Below, piece after piece: positions 31,450-42,074 of a stretch of DNA of 64,000 bases. A program made the translations under genes and the position numbers. Within the stretch, counting starts at the first letter, position 1; each line of letters begins with the position of its first letter. The stretch comes from an uncultured candidate division Zixibacteria bacterium (GTDB lineage Bacteria; Zixibacteria; MSB-5A5; GN15; FEB-12). The DNA is taken from assembly GCA_963806185.1 (NCBI GenBank), contig CAWDXE010000006.1, positions 160,001 to 224,000 of the forward strand. Reading direction: 5' to 3'. Under the pieces are notes generated by a model that worked only from the letters and a program-made list of their open reading frames with translations, did no database searches and was not told the origin of the DNA.

Positions 31450-33903
31450 CTACTTCACCATCGCCATCTTGCGCGTGAGTGAGACGCCGGTTGCTTCCAA
31501 TCGATACAGATAGATTCCCGAGGCGGCGGCATTGCCGCGGCTGTCATGGCCGTCCCAGCGGATCGTGTGCGTGCCCGCCGGAAGGTCGTTGTCAACAAGT
31601 GTCCGGACCTCCTGCCCGAGAAGATTGTAGATAGCCAGACGAGTGTGTCCGGCTGCCGGCAGGGCGAATTCTATCTGAGTTTCCGGGTTAAACGGATTCG
31701 GATAATTCTGGCTCAGCGCATACTCGGAGGGGAGCGACGCCGCGTCGGACGGCTTTGTCACCGAGACGTACTGACCATCAGCCGAGGCCAGATCGGCGAT
31801 CTGCACCCGGCTGGTGGTCAAGTTTCGTATCGCAAAGAGATCAGAGCGGCCGGCGGAGATTGTCTCACCGGACAGGGAGTACAGCAGCACGTTGACTGTG
31901 TGATCATCAATGAAGGTCACCATGGTCATCTGCGGCTGCAGATTCTCGACGTCGTCAAGCGCGACGGCGCGATCGATTTCGAGGGAGAGAAACAGGCCGC
32001 CGACAGTGAAGTCGGCATCGGCGGAAAACAGCTGCCGACCCGACGCTTGGCTGGTGGTGAGGCTCGCGTGCAGTTCCTGGCCGGAGATGCGGGCCGCGCT
32101 CGTACCGTTGACCAGTGTATTGATCATGAAGATCAGATCGGAAATGGTAGCGGCGATGTTGTCCTGGTTCACGTCAGAATTGGCATACTGGAGAGCGTTG
32201 AAGCCGTACAGAGCCGGATTGATGAAGTAGTTCGTAAAATAGATGACATCGCCGATCTCGGAGGCCAGGCCGTTCAGATTGATATCGCCAATCTTGATGT
32301 TGCCAATCGAGCGGATCTGTACCGAGCCGTCGACGAAAACGACGTCATTGTCGTTTATGGCGGCATCAATCGAGTCGTACAATACATTCATACCGCTCAG
32401 GTCAAGGTAGCCGAAGCGGATCGGCACGTTGTAACCGGCGTAAGCCAGATTGCTGGTGGCATGGAAAGTAAGCTTGACGACAGCGCCGTCACCGGCCGCC
32501 AAGGCCGGGGTTACCGGAGCCACCGGCAGATTCGCCGTACCAACAATGCGAAGGTCACCGGGAATGCTCTGGGCATTGTTGACCACCGAGAAGTACTCGA
32601 AGTATTCCGAGCGAGTCCCGGCGTTGGTGTAGCCGGCCAAAGAGATAGCGGTCGGATCATACCGAAGGATCAGGTCAAAGCCGCCGACCTTCAGTTCGTT
32701 TTTCAGACCGACGTTAACCGTGGCGTTTTCATTCGGATAGGCGCTGGTCGTGTCGATCCTGATCGTGTACAGCGTGGTGGCATTGACCCGCACGACCACC
32801 TGGGCGGTGTCGGAGAAGCCCTGAGGATCAGCGGCGACGAACGTGAGTGTCTGCGTGCCGGAGTCGGTCACGGCGGTCGACCAGGAGCAGGTGCCCGGGT
32901 TTTTCGAATCGAAGGACATACCGGCCGGCGCACCGCTGAGTGTCCAGGCAACGGATTCGAAATCGGGATCGACAGCACTCACGGCAAATTCGCGCCTGGG
33001 TACCGGCTACGACCGCCACGTTGCCGGGAGCGGTAATCTGCGGGCTGCGGTTGCGATTGAGAACCGTTACTTTGATTTCCTTCTGCACCGCGGACGTACC
33101 GTCGGAAGCCCAGAACTTCAGGGTGAACGGCGAACCGTCGGCCGAGCTGGGGCCGACATACTCAGGCATCCAGCTGAAGCGACCGACGCCGTTGGCGGAA
33201 TCTATAAATGTCGCTCCCAGCGGTTTGGACGGGAGCGCCAGTGTGAGTCTTGTTGCCGTCGGGATCAGTGGCAACGACGCGCAGTTTGAGCGAGTCTCCT
33301 TCGAGAATGGATTGGTCGGAAAGGGCGGCAAATTCCGGCGCCTGATTGGGGCCGGCGACGACCACTTTTCCGAGCACGAATTTCGGACGCACGCTCTGTG
33401 CGGTGGTCGCTTCGGCCATGAGCAGTTCGCCACCGGGCGGATAGAACAGCGAATCAATCGTCAGAATCGAGCCGATGGTGGCGGTGGCCGAGACGGTAAA
33501 CTGAGCGGTGAAAGATGAGTCCGTCGCCCGTAGGGATGGCTGCCTCCTGAATGCGGATCACCGCGACGACGAAATGGCCGTTGATCTGGCTGATGGTCGA
33601 CGGCGTGGTCAGCTTGTTGATGATGTAGTCGACACGGGAGCCGGAGAACGAAATCGCCTTCAGGGTCAGGTTGGCCGGATCATACACCAGCGGAATCGAC
33701 AGCGAGCCCAGCGACTCATCGTTTTTGAGTCGCACACCAATGGTCACATCCTGCCCGCGACCGGCCTTGACGGAATCGAGGTAGACGACGTCTAGCGCGC
33801 CAAACGGATCGGACTGTGCAAAAACCGAACAGCACAGCAGTCCGCAAAGGACGATCGCGAAGAGGAAAGTGAGTCGATGTGTTGTCTTCACTCGTTGTAC
33901 CAT
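31450..33903 (-). CDS. Scaffoldin-like protein: cohesin, two cadherin-like domains, cohesin, dockerin, T9SS/FlgD CTD (three frameshifts)
   Basis: Four ORF fragments join with single-base corrections at ~33512, ~33250 and ~32999. Cohesins LKNDESLGSLSIPLVYD and LKNELKVGGFDLILRYD, dockerin GDINLNGLASEIGD and CTD QNYPNPFNP. Confidence 0.75.
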
Positions 33904-34416
33904 AGTTGAACAGATGTCAAACACGTGGTCTGCCACCAGAGGTGGAGCAAGAATCAGACCAGAACTCAATTGCCGAGCGCAGACGACGTCAACCGGGTCA
34001 GGTTACACGCCCCCCGCTGCGACACCGTTCCGTGGAGTCGATCGACATCCCTGTAATTTCAGAACCGGCAGATACTTACAGACTACAGAGCAATTTCTCT
34101 ACAGAACACAGTATCAGTATGGCGGAAGATCTTCCTTCGACTATAAGACAAGTACAAGGGTGAGGTATACATCATCAAAACTTCAAACAACCTGCAATCG
34201 GCGGCAGGGCGCAACGCCTTGCATAAAGGTCTCACCGACAACGCCACAATATAACAAAAAAAGATGACCATGGGGAGCGAAATTTTAGTTGATTTTCCCG
34301 CATCTAGTCACCTGACAATGTTTTAGTCCTCTGTCGAGTTTACATTCTTTAGCAATTATAGGCCCGCGGTTTCTCCTATCTGCTTCATGTTCCCAAGATC
34401 GTCCGGAACCTCGAAA

Positions 34417-34449
34417 GAAAACCCCGGGAGGGATAAACCTCCCGGGGTA
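34417..34449. terminator. Rho-independent terminator
   Basis: On + strand GAAAACCCCGGGAGG-GATAAA-CCTCCCGGGGT, directly after the stop at 34464. Confidence 0.75.
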
Positions 34450-34463
34450 ATGTCTGTCGAAAA

Positions 34464-37109
34464 TTACTTCAACAGTACGGCCTTCTTAGTGGCAGAGAAT
34501 TCACCAGCCGTGAGCTTGTAGAAATACACGCCCGAGGCAAGGCCAGTCGCGTCGAACTCGCGTTCCACGATACCAGCGTTAGCAGTACCGGAGAGGTCGG
34601 CAACCTTCTGACCAGCAACGTTGTAGATGGTCAGGGTGTAGTCGCCAGCTTTCGGCAGAGCGAAGCTGATGGTGGTCGTCGGGTTGAACGGGTTCGGATA
34701 GTTCTGGTTCAGGCTGTAGGCCTTCGGCAGTTCAACTACCTTCGCCACGCCGCCATTGACGGTACCGAATTCTTTCGAGATCACGTTTCCGTTGACCTGG
34801 AGGAATTCGCCCGAGAAGGACTGGAAGTGGTTGAGGCTTTCAAACGCCGGATAAACCAGGACGTTAGTGTTGGTGCCGTCGAATTCGGAGATCATGGTCA
34901 TGTTATTGGCCAGGAGCTTCACATCGGCAGCGCCTGCAATCACGAGAGCCGCAGCACCCATCTCAGCATCAACCGAGAGAGTACCGTGGTTGTTCGTGAA
35001 GACGACCGAGGTCACGTTGGTCTTGTCATACGGGGCAGCGTCGCCGACGATGACACGGATCAAGTAAACAAGGTCACCAACAGAGAGCGGAATACCGTCA
35101 GCATTGACGTCGGAAGCAGCGATGGCACCCTGCGTCGCATAGGTCGGCGGGATGCAAAGCGGGCAATCCGGCGGGAAGGCAGCCAGACCCTTGATGAAGT
35201 ACTGGGTGAACATGACGGCATCAGCAATTTCGTATGCCAGACCGTTGAGGTTGATATCACCACGAGCGTCGATGGAGTCGGCGCATTCGATGTCAATACC
35301 ACCGTTCGTGAACCATACCGCACGAACCGGTTTGCCCTTCACGGTACCTTCGTCGCATATGGCCTGAGCGCCAAGATACGTCGGGAACCCGAAGTTGATG
35401 TTCTGAATGGATCCATAGTCAACAACCGTCGTGTCAAATTCAAACACGCCACTTGAGATAAACAGCGTGTGACCGTCTTCGCTCGACAGGGTGTTGTCGG
35501 TGCAATCGATCCAGAAGAACCGAATCGGCACATAGGCACATTCATACGTCCGGTTATTGCTAACCAGGAAGCGCAGGGTGGCCAGAGTGATCGGTGTAAC
35601 TTCGACGCCGCAGTCAGGATGATTAGCACCGTTGTTGGTCTCGGCAATACCAACCACACGGACGAGGCCGCTCGGGCAGCCGCCGTTGCAGTTGCCATTG
35701 GCACCGAAACGATAGGTGAAGTATTCCCAGCCACAACCAGGAATGGAATCAGTGTCCTGATTGTAGAGGTCTCCTTCGAACGCCTTCTGGAAGGACAGCG
35801 CCGAGTTGTCATACGCTACCAGGATGTCAAAACCGCCGAGGCCGAAGCCGGAGTCGGTGTTGGCACTGTTCAGCGTAATATCAACATCGTAGAACTGACC
35901 CTGGAACGCGTGGTGTACTTTCTCAATCTGAACCTGGTACGGGGCACCCTGCTGTACGTTGAACGTGACCTGACAGGAATCTGTCTTGTCGCCGTCCGTT
36001 ACATACACCCACACGGTCTGGGAAGGAACTTCTGTCACGATCGGGACATAAGTCACAACGCCAGTGAGCGGGTCGATAACGATCGAGTCAAGAGTGTTGG
36101 CACCAAGCGAGAAGGTGAGAACGTCGCAATCGTCAGTCGCGTTAACATCCTGGGCAGCCGGCGAGCCGACAGTAGCGGTCTTCGGGCCCGGGCAAGCGAT
36201 CACCGGACCAAGATTGGAGGCCACAATGTTCACTGTGCAGGTAGGGCCTTGACCACCGGCATCGGCAGCCGCAACCACGAGAGTGTAGTTCCCAGTGGCC
36301 AGATTGGGGGCTTCCCACAAACCGGAACTGGCGTTAATAGTCCCCGGACCGCTCACCAGCACGAACGTATACGGATCGAGGTCCGGATCAGCGGCATTGA
36401 AGTCATACGAGAAAGCAGTGCAATGCGTATGATCAATGGTCGTCACGCAGTTCGTGATGCTCGGACGGAGGTTCGGAGCATTCCACAGGAATATGCACTT
36501 CTTGCCACTCCAGGTCGGAACGACCGCATCACCCGAGCCACCACCATAAAGAACAGCCCACTTCCAAACGTTGGTCGGCGGGAACTTCATGGAAGAGTCG
36601 ATACAGATGGTCTTGTTCGAGTCGGCCAGCTTCGTCTGAATCAGGATCGAGAAGTTACGAACCGAGGTGTGGGGCGTAAAGGCAAAACCCACATCGGCAC
36701 CGGCACCGGCGAAACTGACCGTATCCGGGCTGATACCATCAGCTCGCACCGGAGCACCCGACGGAGTCGAGAAGGTACGCAGCTGATAAAGGGTCGGGAA
36801 CAGGGCCTTGGACAGCAAGCCGGTAGTGTCAATACCGAACGGACCCAAGTTGGCCCCGTGGAAGTTACCAAAGGCCGAATCAGTCCAGGTCGCGCCATCG
36901 GGCGAAGTGATGATAAAGGCGTTGGTAATGTTAAACCCAGAATCGGAATCATTAATGTACTTGATATGGAATTTCAACACGGAACCAGCCTGGATAGTAT
37001 CGTTGCCGATGAGCGGTTCCACACCGTCCAACGCGATTCCAGTGGCTGCCATGCCCTGCCCAAAACAAAGAGCAAGAAGAATGACGAGGAAAAATGAAAT
37101 TCGCTTCAT
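34464..37109 (-). CDS. Scaffoldin-like protein: N-domain, two cadherin-like domains, cohesin, dockerin, T9SS CTD
   Basis: AGGAG RBS, signal peptide, cohesin LGGFDILVAYDNSAL, dockerin RGDINLNGLAYEIAD...SDVNADGIPLSVGDL and CTD QNYPNPFNP. Confidence 0.85.
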   Translation of the reverse strand: MKRISFFLVILLALCFGQGMAATGIALDGVEPLIGNDTIQAGSVLKFHIKYINDSDSGFNITNAFIITSPDGATWTDSAFGNFHGANLGPFGIDTTGLLSKALFPTLYQLRTFSTPSGAPVRADGISPDTVSFAGAGADVGFAFTPHTSVRNFSILIQTKLADSNKTICIDSSMKFPPTNVWKWAVLYGGGSGDAVVPTWSGKKCIFLWNAPNLRPSITNCVTTIDHTHCTAFSYDFNAADPDLDPYTFVLVSGPGTINASSGLWEAPNLATGNYTLVVAAADAGGQGPTCTVNIVASNLGPVIACPGPKTATVGSPAAQDVNATDDCDVLTFSLGANTLDSIVIDPLTGVVTYVPIVTEVPSQTVWVYVTDGDKTDSCQVTFNVQQGAPYQVQIEKVHHAFQGQFYDVDITLNSANTDSGFGLGGFDILVAYDNSALSFQKAFEGDLYNQDTDSIPGCGWEYFTYRFGANGNCNGGCPSGLVRVVGIAETNNGANHPDCGVEVTPITLATLRFLVSNNRTYECAYVPIRFFWIDCTDNTLSSEDGHTLFISSGVFEFDTTVVDYGSIQNINFGFPTYLGAQAICDEGTVKGKPVRAVWFTNGGIDIECADSIDARGDINLNGLAYEIADAVMFTQYFIKGLAAFPPDCPLCIPPTYATQGAIAASDVNADGIPLSVGDLVYLIRVIVGDAAPYDKTNVTSVVFTNNHGTLSVDAEMGAAALVIAGAADVKLLANNMTMISEFDGTNTNVLVYPAFESLNHFQSFSGEFLQVNGNVISKEFGTVNGGVAKVVELPKAYSLNQNYPNPFNPTTTISFALPKAGDYTLTIYNVAGQKVADLSGTANAGIVEREFDATGLASGVYFYKLTAGEFSATKKAVLLK

Positions 37110-37476
37110 TTTTGTCTCCTAAAGACTTCGTTAACAATTGACAAACAGTGTATCGCTAAACACCTCTCTTGTGTACTTCCCCCTCAGGTTCCGAAGCGTA
37201 TTCGGGAAGAATGAGAGCCAACAAATCCTTACCCAAGGACAATCTTCGGCTTGAGAACAGGTGTTTCGCGTCTTTGTCTGAGCGCGTGCAATAAACCTCT
37301 TACGAACGTCCTCCTTTCCATCGTCTATCAGTTTACTTGTTTCCTAAGCAGCGCATTATTCATGCGACTTATTTCATTCTGACATTTCAACGCTATGGTC
37401 GGTCTGTTCAGATCGTATTGGAGGTCGGTTATCATCCGATCCAAACAGACCGACCGGGTCGCGCCCGTCAGGGCGC

Positions 37477-38649
37477 CTATGGACACTCGCAGGGACCGGG
37501 CCCAAACAGGAACATATAGGTAATGAGTCGGGTCAGGTCGCCGATATCGATGCCCGGACTGCAGTCCATGTCGGCCGTTCCCGCCGGAGGTTCATCGCCG
37601 AACAAGAACATGAACGTAATGAGGGCGGTGAGGTCACCGATGTCGACGTTGACGGGAAACTGACCGTCGACGTTGCCGCATTGTCCACCCAACACCGTGA
37701 GGGAGCCGGGAATAAGTTTCGTCTTTACCGTATCGAGGATCGGCACCGTATCCAGGACGATCCAGACCGAATCATACGGATCACCTTTGGGTACCTTGGT
37801 ATAGTGTAAGCAGACCGGGCCGGCCCAGGAATCACAATGATAGTAATTGGTGTCGGTGACCACCTTGGTAGTAAGGCCGATAGCGGTGCCGTTGGGGCGC
37901 GAGAAACTGAAGTGTTCGAGGAAGCCCTGCGGGATGATGTTGACCGTCCGATCGGAAGCGGTATCGGCGACGGTTTTGATATCGCCCAGCAGGCGGAAGA
38001 GCACGCCGCCCTGTTGCGGGGCAATTCCCTTTTTCACGCCCGGGACATTGTAGGCGTCGGCCGTGGCAGTCACTTTTACGTCGTATCCGGTCTCGGTAAT
38101 AGAACGTGTCTGGACATATTGCCAGCCGCGCATCAGCGTGCCGGCCGTATCGATGTTACCAGTGGCGACGGTGTCGATTTTGACGTACGTGCGCTGGGCC
38201 GTCCAGATATAGCGGCGTTCACCCAGAACTGAGTCAACACGAATGGAGTCGGTGCAGGTCGTGTTGAACGAACCGGCCGTACATTTGAAGTACATCGTAT
38301 CGATTGCTTTGTTCAAGCCGATTGAGTCGGAGCAGTTCGGGAAAGCGCCATGACCGGGAAGGCAAGCCCACCACGTCGTGTCGTGGACCACCACGTCGTT
38401 GGTCTGGAAGATCAGTATATCGGGACTGCTGAGCTGGAGCCAAAGTTCGAAAGCGGCGACGGTGTCCACGAAGTTATCCAGGTAAACGGTAATCACGGAA
38501 TTGATTTCATCCGAGTTACCGGTGGTATCACCTACTTGCACCCGCAGACTGGGAATCGCCTGGGGCGAAGCAGGGAAAATAAACAATGTCAGGATAAGAG
38601 CTACCGCCAGCGCCAGAGAGAAGCGCGCGAGCTGCGACCGAAACGGCAT
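37477..38649 (-). CDS. Secreted cohesin-like protein with Cys-loop insertions and a C-terminal dockerin
   Basis: AAGGAGGT RBS, signal peptide, VYLDNFVDTVAAFELWLQL and a duplicated DIGDLTxLITxMFLFG motif. Confidence 0.75.
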   Translation of the reverse strand: MPFRSQLARFSLALAVALILTLFIFPASPQAIPSLRVQVGDTTGNSDEINSVITVYLDNFVDTVAAFELWLQLSSPDILIFQTNDVVVHDTTWWACLPGHGAFPNCSDSIGLNKAIDTMYFKCTAGSFNTTCTDSIRVDSVLGERRYIWTAQRTYVKIDTVATGNIDTAGTLMRGWQYVQTRSITETGYDVKVTATADAYNVPGVKKGIAPQQGGVLFRLLGDIKTVADTASDRTVNIIPQGFLEHFSFSRPNGTAIGLTTKVVTDTNYYHCDSWAGPVCLHYTKVPKGDPYDSVWIVLDTVPILDTVKTKLIPGSLTVLGGQCGNVDGQFPVNVDIGDLTALITFMFLFGDEPPAGTADMDCSPGIDIGDLTRLITYMFLFGPGPCECP

Positions 38650-38974
38650 ACCGACCTCCTTACACAGAGTTGACCAACGCACGTGAGTGCTGTCCGTGAC
38701 GTCCGCGAGCGAGGAACGCTCGTGACCGACATACAGACGACAATACCCGACCGAGTCAGACATCATCTCTGTTCGGACTATTACCTATGCTTTCGTCGTT
38801 AACGGTAGCTTTGCGAAAGTAACCTGTTTGTACATCTCGGGCGACCCCCACAGTCGACCAGAGACTTGAAGTACTAATTCTGACAGCTTCGCACGGAATG
38901 TGTTGGTTGCGCGGTCGAGCCTATGCCGTACTAACGCAATTCTTTCTGAGTGTCACCACCTATCATCCGCGCTC

Positions 38975-39003
38975 AATATAGGCCGACCCACGGTATCTGT
39001 CAA
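38975..39003 (-). promoter_or_regulatory. Sigma70-type promoter
   Basis: TTGACA-17 nt-TATATT. Confidence 0.65.
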
Positions 39004-39508
39004 TACAAATTCTTCAGATTTTTACCCATGGATCGCCAAATCACCTTCGTGACGCCGCGCAGTGAGGGGAAGTCCCCATAGGTTATATCATGGATGCATA
39101 AAACCAATTTTGTGGACGACTCCCGACCGTCTGGCGCTGCTCCGTTACCGATGTTTACCCTACTATTAATATTATATGACGACACAATCTCCTCCCGGCT
39201 TAACCTGCCAACCGCGTGGGCATGCCGCGCCGGAGTACTGCTCCGGGCGCGGCGTTACCGATGGGGCATGGTGCTCCGGAGCATACACCGGAGCATCACA
39301 CCATGAACGATCAACGCCGTGGAGTAATCGCATAACCTGAATAATCTTAACGGAATCAGATCGATCCAGACCTGGCGTGCTCCCGCAATTCCGCCCGGAA
39401 AGACAGCGAGCTCAGGTAAGGTGAAGTCGAATGTTTTGTGTTGACGGTTCCGGGGAGTTGGATTACCGTGCTCAAGACAAGATTTTCTACGAAAATAGAG
39501 GACATACT

Positions 39509-40408
39509 GTGAGGATTTCCCGTCAGACCCGAGAGATCATTAATATAGTGGTGGCGGTGGTTGTGGTCGCCCTGATACTATTCTACTACGTTGTTTATCC
39601 TCTTAATAAAGCGAAAACGTATTGGGCGCGTGCCGATTCCGGCGCGACGGTCACCAATGAGGCCAACGATCCAACACCTTTTCAATCGGCGGGGTCAACT
39701 ATCGATACGTTTCGACTGGATGTCGACGCGAAGACCAAGTTGGCCGGATTGTATGCCGTCCCGCCAAAGGACAGCATCGGGGTGAAGGGAACGGTGTTGC
39801 TGATGCACGGCAATCGCGGTGATCGGAGTTTGCTGGCGAGCCTGGCCAAGGCGTTGCTCGATTCCGGCTATATCGTCGCGGGTTACGATCAGCGGGCCAG
39901 CGGGAAGTCGACGGGTGAGTACCATGGCGACGGCCAACTGGAGGCGGCCGATATGGAGGCCGTGATTGCGTATCTTGATATCCGCGGGAAGATCATCCAT
40001 CCATTTTTCGTGGCCGGCTATGAGACAGGAGCGGATGCCGCCATTTTGGCGGCGCGGGAAGAGACACGGATCGATCGAATTGTGGCTGTGGCGCCATATC
40101 TATCGACGCGCGCCTTGGTTACGGCGATGTACAAAGCAGACAGCCCGCTCTGGTTCCCCTTCCATGAATCAACGCTCTGGTGGTGGTACACGGTACGGTC
40201 GGGGTATGCGACCACATATCTGGAAGCAGACAACGTGGGCCGGGCGACGGTTCCGACAACGGTGCTGGTGCCGGCCGCGCGAGCCGGTTCCGAGGAAGTG
40301 AAGCGGTTCGATGAGATGTCGACCGACATGGTGGTTACCATTGTACCATTGGCGGCCGACAGCGCGGCGGCACAGCTGCAGGTGATATCGAGTATACTTC
40401 AGAAGTAA
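39509..40408 (+). CDS. Membrane-anchored alpha/beta-hydrolase fold protein with an atypical nucleophile elbow
   Basis: N-terminal TM, VLLMHG and YDQRASGKSTG, with GYETG in place of GxSxG. Confidence 0.75.
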   Translation: MRISRQTREIINIVVAVVVVALILFYYVVYPLNKAKTYWARADSGATVTNEANDPTPFQSAGSTIDTFRLDVDAKTKLAGLYAVPPKDSIGVKGTVLLMHGNRGDRSLLASLAKALLDSGYIVAGYDQRASGKSTGEYHGDGQLEAADMEAVIAYLDIRGKIIHPFFVAGYETGADAAILAAREETRIDRIVAVAPYLSTRALVTAMYKADSPLWFPFHESTLWWWYTVRSGYATTYLEADNVGRATVPTTVLVPAARAGSEEVKRFDEMSTDMVVTIVPLAADSAAAQLQVISSILQK

Positions 40409-40445
40409 GGGAACGAGTCAACCGCTCATTCAGTTTAAGTCATCG

Positions 40446-40775
40446 ATGCCTGTAAAGCGTTCCATATCAATGATGCTGGCCATCTGGCTCGGCCTGTTCA
40501 TGGCTGTGCTCATGCCCCTGCATGCGAATTCGCATTGCCATGGGACGGCGATTTCGTCCGTGACTGCGTCGGTCTCGGAACCGTACGGGGGCATCCTCGA
40601 CCACCCGGATCTCTGCTCAATCTGCAAGGCGCTGTCGCATTTGGCTGCAGTGAGTTGGCAGGGTGGGACGATCGAGGTCCACCGGACCCCGATCATCGCG
40701 TCGGCCGAGCAGGTATCGCTGCCGCGTTCACTCGACATTCATTCGCTCTCTCCCCGTTCGCCACCGCTCGTCTGA
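40446..40775 (+). CDS. DUF2946/CruR-like leader ORF
   Basis: Hydrophobic N-terminus, HANSHCH, CSIC and C-terminal PRSPP, upstream of metal-uptake genes. Confidence 0.65.
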   Translation: MPVKRSISMMLAIWLGLFMAVLMPLHANSHCHGTAISSVTASVSEPYGGILDHPDLCSICKALSHLAAVSWQGGTIEVHRTPIIASAEQVSLPRSLDIHSLSPRSPPLV

Positions 40776-40851
40776 GCGGGGCTGATTTTCTTCATCCAAC
40801 ACTAATCAATGACTGTGGTCGCCATGGGCGATCGACGGCAAAGGAGAGAGT

Positions 40852-42060
40852 ATGCAGAAATACGTTCTGTGTGCTCTGCTGGCCTGTGTATTGGCAGGTT
40901 CGGCGGAGGCACTGGTCCAACCGGACATATCGGCGATTGGAGATTTTCGCGCTTACACTGGAAACTGGAAGCTTGCCGATGGTTCCAAGACGGCGCGCAA
41001 CGGCAATCTCAATATGTCGTTCGACGAATTGGAGTTGGCGGTGAGCGGGTATCTGAACCCGTATGCCAAGGGGTGGGTGACGGTATCGTCGCCGGGAGAC
41101 GGGTTTGAGATCGAAGAGGCGTACGCGACTATCTTTAAGGGTTTGCCCCTCAAGAGCGAACTGAAAGCGGGTAAGTTCCTGGTCGACTTCGGCAAGTTGA
41201 ATTCCAGTCATGCGCACGCCTATCCGTTTATCGACCGGCCAATAGCTCATCGGGTGCTGTTGGGGGGTGATGGTTTCAAAGATCAAGGGATCAACTGGAA
41301 TTTCCTGCTGCCAACGTCGTTTTACAGCAAGGTCTCACTGAATGCGCTCAAGGGGGACATTTTCGCAGGTGAAGAAGCACCCGAGGATTCGCTGGCGGGA
41401 CGGAACACCGAGCGGCCGATATTCAGCGTCAGGTGGAATGTCTTTGTGCCGATCGGCGCGAAGGGTGATCTGGACATGGGGGTGTCCGGACTGTACGGGC
41501 CATACAAAGGGCGAAATGCCTTTGGCACGGGGGATGAGGCGAACGGCTTTCGCAATCTGTACGCGACAATGGGGGCGGTCGACTTTAAATACAAGATTCG
41601 GTGGGATGATTACACATCGATGATCATACAAGGGGAGATCATCACCAATCGCCGCGACGTGTTCACGGACAAATTCAAGACCAATTCAAATTACGGGGCG
41701 TTTGGCTTTGTCGATTACCGTTTTCGCAAGAGGTACAATGTCGGGGTGATGTTTGACCGCGCGCCGGGAATCTATGACAACACCGACGACGATTACGAGC
41801 AGACTGTCGCCGAGGATGCGAGCAACACACCGCTGGCGGCGTTCGACACGAGAAATTCGACCACGGCTTTCACGCTGTTTACCGGTTTCTCACTTATGGA
41901 GGAGACGACGCTCTTTCGCCTGATGGGGCAGTGGAAGCAATACCACATTTCCGACTCCAATCAACTTGTCGACCCGGCGGTGACAAGCAAAAATGGTGAG
42001 TTTACGCTGGTGTTGCAGATGATCTGGTCACTGGGGCCGCACAAACCGCACGAATTTTAG
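40852..42060 (+). CDS. Outer-membrane porin-like protein of the metal (Zn)-uptake operon
   Basis: Motifs PDISAIGD, ELELAVSGYLNPY, IEEAY, GKFLVDFGKLNSSHAH and C-terminal GPHKPHEF. Confidence 0.75.
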   Translation: MQKYVLCALLACVLAGSAEALVQPDISAIGDFRAYTGNWKLADGSKTARNGNLNMSFDELELAVSGYLNPYAKGWVTVSSPGDGFEIEEAYATIFKGLPLKSELKAGKFLVDFGKLNSSHAHAYPFIDRPIAHRVLLGGDGFKDQGINWNFLLPTSFYSKVSLNALKGDIFAGEEAPEDSLAGRNTERPIFSVRWNVFVPIGAKGDLDMGVSGLYGPYKGRNAFGTGDEANGFRNLYATMGAVDFKYKIRWDDYTSMIIQGEIITNRRDVFTDKFKTNSNYGAFGFVDYRFRKRYNVGVMFDRAPGIYDNTDDDYEQTVAEDASNTPLAAFDTRNSTTAFTLFTGFSLMEETTLFRLMGQWKQYHISDSNQLVDPAVTSKNGEFTLVLQMIWSLGPHKPHEF

Positions 42061-42074
42061 GAGAGAAAAGAGAT

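Noticed and set aside
19497..37097. Long plus-strand ORFs (e.g. 19497-20813, 31546-33036, 35469-37097)
   Set aside because: Antisense shadows of well-supported minus-strand genes in GC-rich DNA, with no recognisable motifs.
28629..37109. Diversity-generating retroelement acting on the surface proteins
   Set aside because: No reverse transcriptase and no adenine-specific TR/VR pair seen.
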